Assembly (NCBI GenBank): GCA_964016885.1
Contig: OZ024742.1
Coordinates: 24,738,001 to 24,802,000 of the forward strand
Length of the DNA: 64,000 nucleotides
Direction of reading: 5' to 3'
Source: Eledone cirrhosa
Taxonomy: Eukaryota
A program made the position numbers and the translations under genes. Of this stretch, positions 54,836 through 64,000 are shown piece after piece; within the stretch, counting starts at the first letter, position 1; every line of letters begins with the position of its first letter. The notes under the pieces are model-generated. The model searched no databases. It was given only the letters and a program-made list of their open reading frames with translations, and had not been told where the DNA came from.

Positions 54836-56520
54836 CCCCACCACCACCACACCACTACCACATGAGCATCATGATCATCACCACTATTAACAGCAGCCTC
54901 CATTCCTGCACCACCATCACTTCATCACCACCACCATCATTCCACTACCACCACCACTCCATCACCACCTCTACCACTCCATCACCACCCTGCCTCAATT
55001 ACCACCACCACCACTACATCAACACCATTACCACTCTATCACCCCCAACACCAATCCAAGACCACCACCACTACTCCATTCCCACGACCACCACCACTCC
55101 ATCACCATCATCACGACAACCATCACGACCATCACCATCATCACTACCGTTAACAAAATCACCACCATTAACACCCCCACTCATACACCACAACCTCCCC
55201 CCCACCCCGCCCCCTCCAACACCACAAACTTCGCCCCCTACCACAAACTTCACCTCCCCCACCATACACCACAACCTTCACCTCCCCCACTACCACCACA
55301 ACCTTCACCTTCCCCACCACCACCACGACCTTCACCTTCCCCACCTTCCCCACCATCTTCACCTTCCCCCCACCGCCACCTTCCCGCCCTTACCCCTTCA
55401 CCTCCCCCACCACACACCACATCCTTCACCTTCTCCTCCCCCACCCCCACCACCACAATCATCACCTCCCCCACTACCACCACAACCTTCACCTTCTCCA
55501 CCACCACCACCACCACCACCACTACCACCACTTCCCCCATCACACACCACAACCTTCACTTTCTCCACCACCACCACCACCACCAGCACATCCATCACCT
55601 CCCCTACCACCACCACTACCATCACCTCCCCCAACACACACCACAACCTTCACCTTCTCCACCACCACCACCACCACCACCGCCACCACCACCACCACCA
55701 CCACCACCGCCACCACCACCACCACCACCAGCACAGCCATCACCTCCCCTACCACCACCACTACCATCACCTCCCCCAACACACACCACAACCTTCACCT
55801 TCTCCACCACCACCACCACCACCACCGCCACCACCACCACCACCACCACCACCGCCACCACCACCACCACCACCAGCACAGCCATCACCTCCCCCACCAC
55901 CACCACTACCATCACCTCTCCCAACACACACCACAACCTTCATTTTCTCCACCACCACCACCACCACCACCAGCACAGCCATCACCTCCCCCACCACCAC
56001 CGCTACCATCACCTCCCCCAACACACACCACAACCTTCACCTTCTCCACCATCACCACCAGCACAGCCATCACCTTCCCTACCACCACCACTACCATCAC
56101 CTCTCTCCCACCACACACCACAACCTTCACCTTCTCCACCACCACCACAACCATCACCTCCCCCTCCACCACCACTACCATCACACACCACAACCTTCAC
56201 CTTCTCCACCACCACCACCAGCACAACCATCACCTCCCCTACCACCACCACTACCATCACATCCCCCCCCCCACCACCACCACAACCATCACCTCCCCCA
56301 CCACCACCAACACCATCATCTTCCCCACCACACACCACAACCTTTACCTTCTCCACCACCACCACCTTCACCTCCCCCCCACTACCACTACCCCCCCCCC
56401 CCCAACCACCACTACCATCACCTCCCCCACCACCACCACTACCATCACATCCCCCACCACCACCACCACTACCATCACCTCCCCCAGCACCACCACAACC
56501 TTCACCTCCCCCACACAGTT
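54836..56520. repeat. C/A-rich (CCA)n satellite with higher-order units
   Basis: Recurrent CACACCACAACCTTCACCTTCTCCACCACC and CCATCACCTCCCC blocks. Confidence 0.9.
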
Positions 56521-56579
56521 CCAATTAACTTGTTGCAAAAAGAAGTCCAAGGCATATCTAATTGAAAATCTAATATCCA

Positions 56580-57422
56580 CCACCCCCTCTCTCTTTTCCC
56601 TCCCCTCTCTCTCTATCTATTTTCTCTCCCCCTCTCCCTCTCTCTCTTTTCCCTCCCCTCTCTCTCTATCTCTTTTCTCTCCCCTCTCCCTCTCTCTCTT
56701 TTCCCTCCCCTCTCTCTCTCTATCTTTTTTCTCTCCCCCCACTCTCTCTTTTCCCTCCCCTCTCTCTCTATCTCTTTTCTCTCCTCCTCTGCCTCTCTCT
56801 CTTTCCCTCCCCTCTCTCTCTATCTCTTTTCTCTCCCCTCTCTCTCTCTCTCTTTCCCTCCCCTCTCTCTCTATCTCTCTTCTCTCCCCCTTTCCCTCTA
56901 TTCGCCCCTCCCCATCTCCTCTCTCACCTGTTTCTTTCTCCCTATCTCTCCTATTTCTCCTCTGCTTCCTCTCTCTCTTTCCCGACTCCATCTCATTCTC
57001 TCTCTCATTATCTCTCCCTCTTTCCTCCCTCTCCCAAAACACTCCCATATCTCCCTCCTTATCTCCCTCCTTCTCTCTCACATCTTTCTCTCCTTCTCTC
57101 CCACATCCCTCCCTCATCTCTCCCTCCTCTCTCCTTCTTTTCCCTACCCTCTCCTTCTCTTCCCATGCCCTTCTCCTCCTCTCCAACATCTATCTCTCCT
57201 CTCCCACCTCCTCTCCTACATCTCCCACCTCCTCTCCTACAGCTCTCTCTCCTCCTCCCCCACATATCTCCCTCCTCTCTCCTCCACTCCCACATCTCTC
57301 CCTCCTCTCTCCTCCTCTCCCACATATCCCCTCCTTCTCTCCTCCTCTCCCACATCTCTCCTCCTTCTCTCCTACATCTCTCCCTCCTCCTCTATCTTTC
57401 TCTTCCCATCTCTCTCTCCCCC
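56580..57422. repeat. Polypyrimidine/polypurine minisatellite
   Basis: Repeats of TTTCCCTCCCCTCTCTCTCTATCT and CTCCTCTCCCACATCTCTC. Confidence 0.9.
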
Positions 57423-59299
57423 ATTAAGGTGTGGAGTGACTGTGGGGTGTATTAATTTACTGTATATATATAACATAGAAGTTCACCAGATCAAACCCTT
57501 CCATTGCTACAGGCGGTGTTGTACATTTGTGGAACTCCTTTATTTATTATGCAAGTCTTCTTAATCAACTTGCCTTATTTTCCAAAACCCCTACCCCATT
57601 TTGAACCCAACAATACCGCCCCCCCCCTCTCTCTCAATATCTCTCAATGCTAAAATAGCTACAATAGCTAGTGATTTCCCATTTTACAGCTGAGTGGTCG
57701 CTGCTGGGAAACACAGTGATGTGTAAAAACACCTGGCTTAACAACTCATGCAAATATTTAAGTGTGTAGAACCATCCTAGCAAGGAACAATGGCAGGAAG
57801 AAGAACAACAAAAACAAAAAAAATACACAAAAAAACAAAGAAAGGAAGACTATTTAAAACCCCCTAAAAATAACATTATATATATATATAAAAACAACAG
57901 AATAATCTATAAAATAGATAAAAAAAAGACACGAGTTTATAAAGTAAAAAAAAAATGCAAGAAAGAAAACTTAATTCTGAATTTGCATGAAAGAGACATT
58001 AAAATTTTAACCTCTTCAATTTAGATTGAAAAAATACTTTGAGACTTTTCCAGGTCATCTAATTAACGTTGATAAAACTAAAAATATGGTGGTAGGGTGA
58101 AGGGTCTTTCCAGATATTTCCGGAGCCTTCTCTCTCTGCAATCAGTAACTCCCTAGGGGCAGTGTAAATGTGTTTAATGAAGTAGTTTTACTTTCAGTTT
58201 AAAATTGTTCAAGGTACTTGTTGTTGTTGTTGGTTCTACTCCCTCTCACGCTCCCATCCCACATCACTAAATCTTAACTTTCTTGTCTCTCTACCACCCC
58301 GCAACTACATGGCATCTTACCTGCCTTTCTTCTGTCACACCCACTGCATTTCAGATTCCCTTTCTTTCTATCCTTCGATATTTCTCTATACCCAACTTAC
58401 ATGTCTTTCAGCTCCACTGTGCCATAGGTTATCTACTAATTTACCTCCTCCATCACACACCAAGTACATCATCATCATGATTGCAGCCACAGTCAAACAT
58501 TCCTGACAAAGTCTCTCGACATTATTTGTCATGTCTCCTGGCCACTGCTAAGGTTTATATCATGTGAGAGTTGATCAATGAAAGTTCAAGCAGGTGTTAC
58601 TTCACTGTTTCTCCCATGTGTTGGTTCTCACAATGCTCATTTGTGTATAACTTCCTACTTATTTCTCTAGAAATGTCCTGCAAATTGTAACCATCTGTAT
58701 TTGAGCAATTGAAGTTATCTTGGGCAAATTTCCATAGAAACTTTCATCTGTAATATGTTGATGCTAGTTTATGTTTTGTACAACCCTAGGTGTTGTTTCT
58801 ATCTTTATACTGACTGACCTATACCCTCATATCTTTATCACTTTCGATACACAAAATGCCCTTATGACTCCACCAGGAATTACAGGTCCATACATACATC
58901 CAATCAAATTAAGGGCTTTCTCACTCTTCTTAGAGGAACCCCTCCCTGGTTGACCTCTACCACCTTTAGTTTTGGACATGTCAGTAGTATAGCCATACTC
59001 ATCATGCTAGGCCAGTTGCGGGTTGGTAAAACTATTTAACCCATAGTTAGGGGGGACAGACATTGACTCTGAGGAGTTTATCCATCCTTTAACAGCTCTT
59101 TGATTTTGCTTTTTGTGCTACTTTGGTTCCTCTTACATTCCTTACCAGACCAGGGTCTTGGAGGGAGCATGTTTAGTCACCAACCACTCGGACATGAAGC
59201 AGATTGTACTGGTTACATGGTACCAGTAACAGGCTGATGCCTGACCTGATATACATACTCCAAATAACTCATCTTTGTCTCTGCATAAAGCTTGGTTAT

Positions 59300-59545
59300 T
59301 CATGATTCCCCTTGCTTCCACCTGTTGATTCCTGCGTAAATAGTTCGCTAAGGCCAGTAGGCTTTCAACAATATCAACCTACCTTCAGCTTCCAGTATCC
59401 AAGTGTCTCTTTCTGCACCCTCTATATTTTTTCTGTGCATATCACAAACTTGTGGTCTATATAGCCAGCCAGATGTAATTGTAGACATCTTACTATATCC
59501 CTATACATTGATCCTAAGAAAATATTCTACCTAAATGACCCACTG
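59300..59545 (-). pseudogene. Old Tx1 APE fragment
   Basis: Minus strand GACCACAAGTTTGTGATATGC and GGATACTGGAAGCTGAA, similar to 44050-44123 (DHKFVIC, GYWKL). Confidence 0.6.
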
Positions 59546-59579
59546 ATGTGTGTTCATCATCATCCCTCTGATCATCCTT

Positions 59580-62500
59580 ATCATCATCATCATCATCGTT
59601 TAACGTCCATCTTCCACGCTTGCATGGGTTTGGACGTGAATTTTCCCACTTGAGGCAAGATTGGTTGTCTTGCTCGCATAGGACCGTCTGGTAGGTTTTC
59701 TACAGCTGGATGCCCTTCTTAACACTAACCACGTTTACAGTGTGGACTGGGAGGTTTTTACCGTGTTGCCTACACGGCCACATTACAGCGTGGACTGTGT
59801 GTTTTTTTGTCGTGACACCTACACGATCTCATTTGTTTCGGACTGGATGTTGTGGCACCAACATAACTTTACATTGAAAGGGGCGGTGTGAATGGGGTGG
59901 AGGTGGTGGGACGGGGTGTATTTTGTTAGAGGTGCCTACTGACTGTAGTAGGTTTTACTTTGTATTTAGGTAAGGCGGGTCTTCTCTATTACTGAGTACC
60001 GCCAAAGATCTCGGTCCAGTGATATTGTCTTGGAGAGGTGTAAGTGTGTGAGGTCGGAATTTATCAAGTCGTCCCAGGTTTTTCTGGGTCTGCCTACTCC
60101 GTGGCTACAGTCTATCTTTATTGCCCTGCACTTTTTTATACAGCTGTCGTCTTTCATGCACATCACGTGACCATACCAACGTAGCCTTCTCTCGAGTAAA
60201 CAACATCTGATCCCTCTTATTTCTAATTTTTCCCTTAGTTCGTTAATGCTTTGCCGTTCACGTATATTACTATTACACATCCAGTGGAGCATGCAAGCTT
60301 CGTTCCTCTCTAGTCTGCGTATATCCTCTGCACACAATGCACAAGTCTCACTGCCATGTAACATTGCTGTTCGTATGCAGGCATCATACAACCTGCCTTT
60401 CATTTTTAGGGAGAACCCTTTAGCGGCTAATAGTGGTATAAGCTCTCTGAACTTTTTCCATCCAGTTCTGACTCTAGCTACTGTACTTTCAGAGCACCCT
60501 CCCCCACTGCTGATATTGTCACCCAGGTAACGGAAGCTGTCCACTATTTCTATAGAACCCTCTGCGCAATTGAAAGAGTTAGTATTCTGTGGGAACTTGC
60601 TGCTACTTATTGCACCAGAGCACCAGCCACATGTAAGATCTATGTTCTTAGTTAGCTTACCTGTGATCCCACTACATTTTTATGCACCCATACTTTGCAT
60701 TTGGGACATAAAATGGAGTTTCTACCTACGCCTTTCCTACACACTGAGCATAGCCATTTCCCGGAAGGGACCGGCGCCTTATTTTCATTCCTACAAACTA
60801 GAACTTTAGTCTTGGCCAGGTTAATTTTAAGGCCTTTTGATTCTAGGCCGTGCTTCCATGTTTGGAATTTCTTCTCTAGCTCGGCCATTGATTCAGCTAT
60901 GAGCGTTAGATCATCTGCGTATAGGAGTTCCCATGGGCAGCCGGTCTTGTACTCCACTGTTATAGCCTGAAGGGCAATAATAAATAGTAGGGGGCTAAGA
61001 ACAGAGCCCTGATGGACACCAACTTTTACGCTAAACTCTTCACTATATTCGTTGTTAATTCTAACCTTGCTGACTGTTTCTTTATACATGGCTTGTATAG
61101 CTCTCACAAGTCATTCATCAACACCTAGTTTTCTAAGAGCCCACCAGATAATGGAATGGGGGACTCTGTCGAATGCTTTCTCCAAGTCGACAAAAGCTAA
61201 GTATAGGGGTTTACTTTTAGCTAGGTACTTTTCCTGTAGTTGTCGTACAATGAAAAGAGCGTCTGTGGTAATTTTGCCTGACACAAACCCGAACTGCATT
61301 TAATCTAGATCAATTCTCTCTCTGATTAGTTGCGCTATTACTTTTTCTGTGACCTTCATGACCTGGTCGATTAATTTAATGCCTCTATAGTTACTCCTAT
61401 CTAGGGCATCACCTTTACCCTTGTAACAGTTAATGATGATGCTGCTACGCCAGTCCTTCGGAACAACCTCATTCTGTATGACTTGGTTTACTATCCGGGT
61501 GACCATGGTGTGTCCCACCGTTCCAGAGGCTTTCAGCATCTCAGCAACTATTTCCGAAGGCCCAGCCGCCTTACCCGTCTTCATATCTTTGATTGCCTTA
61601 CTTATTATACTACCTTCAACTAACACTGCTGGTCCCTCTATTGGGTCGATGTGGGGTAGACTGTCTTTCTCCCATTTATTCTCCTCATTTAGTAGCCTTT
61701 CGTAGTGACACTTCCAAGCTACCTTCTTATCAGCATCAGTGATGGCAAGTACACCATCATCATTAAGGACACACCCCGACAATATCATGGTTTTCCTTAA
61801 CACATTGCCTAGCAATCCTGAACACCTCACGTTTTTGGTCCTCGCGTTGTAGAACATGCTTGAACTTTCTTTCCTCTGCTTCCCTTCTTGCGAAGTACAC
61901 TTGTCTCCTAGCTTCCCTCCTGGCCACTTGATAGTCTTCTCTACTTCCCCCATCCCGCCATACTTTCCAAGCTTGCTTTTTGGTCTTAATTGACTCTTCC
62001 ACCTTACTGTTCCACCACCATGTTACTCTCCTCCTGCCTATAGGCCTGCTCCAGCCACAGACTTCGTCTGCCGCCATCAGCAGGTTTGCTTTCAGCAATT
62101 CCCACTGTTCCTCTATATTGTACGACTCTAAATGCTCTTCCTTACTGTCGAAAGCATCAAGTAATATGCTTTGAAATTTATTTCTGGCTGTGGGGTCCTT
62201 TAGCTTCCATATTTTTCTCCTGAGGATAGTCCTCTTCTGCTGTCGAGTACGTCTCGTCCTGACTATGAGGTCGCTAATTATCAGTCTATGTTGGGAGCTG
62301 CATTCTTCATGGGGGAGGGATTTAGTATTTACAACAGACACTCTGTCACGTCTTCTGGTAAGGATATAATCTACCTGGCTGGTATGTTCCCCTGATCTGT
62401 AGGTGATCAAGTAATTGTCTCGTTTTTTGAAGTTAGTGTTACAGATAGTTAGGTTATTTACGTTACAGAATTCCAGGATTCTGGAGCCTTCCTCATTTCT

Positions 62501-63168
62501 AGTACCAAACCCATAGCCTCCCTGGATTCCATCATAGCCGTCACAATGTTGTTCAACGTGACCATTTAGGTTGCCAGCAATAATTATATAGTCACTGTCG
62601 ATTATTTGGGAGGTAGTGAGCATCAGTGTCTCATAGAAACTGTCTTTTATAGCGCCAGGCAGTCCGGATTGGGGCGCGTATGCAGATATTATCGTCACAG
62701 TAGTTCTATTTAGAACAAGTCTTATTTTAATTATTCTGTCGTTTACTCTATTTACGTCTATTATCTTATCCACCCATTTTTCTGCTAACATGATTCCTAC
62801 CCACCTACCCAGCCCTTTGTCATTTCCCACCCAGAAAACCTTATAGCATCGTTTTTTACCCACAATTAATCTAGCAGACCCGCCCCTCCACCTGGTCTCT
62901 TGGATACAGCAAACATCAACCTCCTTACGTTCAAGCATTTCTACAACCTCGTTAGAGCGGCCTTTTAAGGTGCCTACATTCATGGTACCAACTCTGAAGT
63001 TTTGGATTGCGTTTGGTGGGTGGGGTGCAGGGAGGGGTGAGGTGGATGGGGTTGGGGTTATGTTGGTCATCCGCGGCCGCAACAAAGAGGGGGGGGGGGG
63101 GCTTGCCCTTTCGTCCGGCAGCATGAGGTGAATTTGTCGTTATCTTTGGCATTGTCTTCGGGTGTCCA
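59580..63168 (-). mobile_element. RTE LINE, full length, frameshifted (APE-RT-PHD-like finger)
   Basis: GTMNVGTL, IQETRW, SAYAPQ, QVDYIL, NYRGIKL, DLEKAFDRVP, YADD, YLG, RRLRWYGHV; (GAT)n tail; 5' end coincides with that of the 28318-31400 copy. Confidence 0.95.
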
Positions 63169-64000
63169 GATTCTTCAGACTCTCCAGAAATTCCCTAGTT
63201 CATCCATCATATCGAAAAGCAACCAGAAGTGATAGCATAGGCCGTTGACTTGTGATTGGTCCAAATAATAAGGTGGAGAGTGGGGGCGAGAGAGAGGGGT
63301 ACGGGGTAGTTTGCGAGGAGCAGACTTATTTATATTTGGTTGGCAGGGAGTGAGAGGGAGTGAGAGAGTGACTTATATGATAGAGAGAGGGTGGGGGTTG
63401 AGAGGCGATTTTAGCCGGCCGAGAGAGAGAGGCCATTTCTATGAATCCTGGAAAAATTTTATCGGCCAAAATGGTTGCGGGAATATTATTTAGAACAACG
63501 TGGAGAAGATTTTTAGAACAGTGAGACAGAATTATAGAAGGACAATTAAGAATACGATTTTTTTTTATTCTGGGGTATTATAGATATATAGATGAATGAA
63601 CCGAAGGGTGGGGAGTTGAGAAGAAAATGAAATATGTCCAAATTTTAAATTGTGTGACTTTGAGCAGGATATTTTATTTCTCGTCGCTCATTCTATCAGG
63701 AATTGCGACCAGTAGATAGTACCAGCAATTGGAAAGACCAATGGAAAGAGTGTTTCTTTGGTCTGATCTGACAAGTTCCACCCTACTCAGAATATAAATG
63801 AGGTCCGGGATCTTGTAGATTTGGTTAAAAAAAAAATGTTTTACATTATGGTATTGAGTGCTCATTCTTGTGTCAGTCAATACTAAGCATAAACATATGT
63901 ATATAAACACTTGGATTGGAAAGTTTAACAAATATTTATCATGTTATCAGTAAAGACAACTTTATATTAGCTTCAATAATGGAAGAGTTTATGTCTCCAA

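Noticed and set aside
54862-56565. 567-aa Pro/His-rich extensin-like ORF
   Set aside because: Explained by CCA-type repeat; overlapping frames are equally open and there is no domain or splice evidence
63150-63185. Minus-strand CTGAAGA...GAAG at the RTE 5' end as a hammerhead
   Set aside because: No helix II pairing and GAAG instead of GAAA
63674-63931. 85-aa minus-strand ORF
   Set aside because: No domain similarity recognised and no supported exon structure

Overview
AT-rich, repeat-saturated eukaryotic (animal) DNA with no recognisable host gene. The huge (TA)n/(CA)n arrays plus RTE, Tx1, Penelope and tRNA-SINE content look like a cephalopod (octopus-type) genome (inference). Contents: a nearly intact Tx1/L1-clade LINE (1-5110), a second decayed Tx1 (42690-47046), two near full-length RTE LINEs with a PHD-type finger (28318-31400, 59580-63168), a BovB-like RTE, RTE-X, CRE and Gypsy relics, many SINEs and simple repeats, and a 5'-truncated Penelope-like element (RT plus GIY-YIG) framed by ~795-bp inverted repeats (19312-24166). 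The most interesting signal is non-coding. At least four sequence-unrelated families of type I hammerhead ribozymes (HHRs) with palindromic helix III occur, plus two degenerate ones. Two families sit in tandem-plus-inverted non-coding units of 485 bp (17671-19116) and 424 bp (32914-33910), and one in a ~340-bp fold-back (8812-9151), all next to (TA)n. They look like non-autonomous Penelope-dependent retrozyme-like elements that could produce circular and double-stranded RNA. All structures were read by eye; no searches or folding programs were run.
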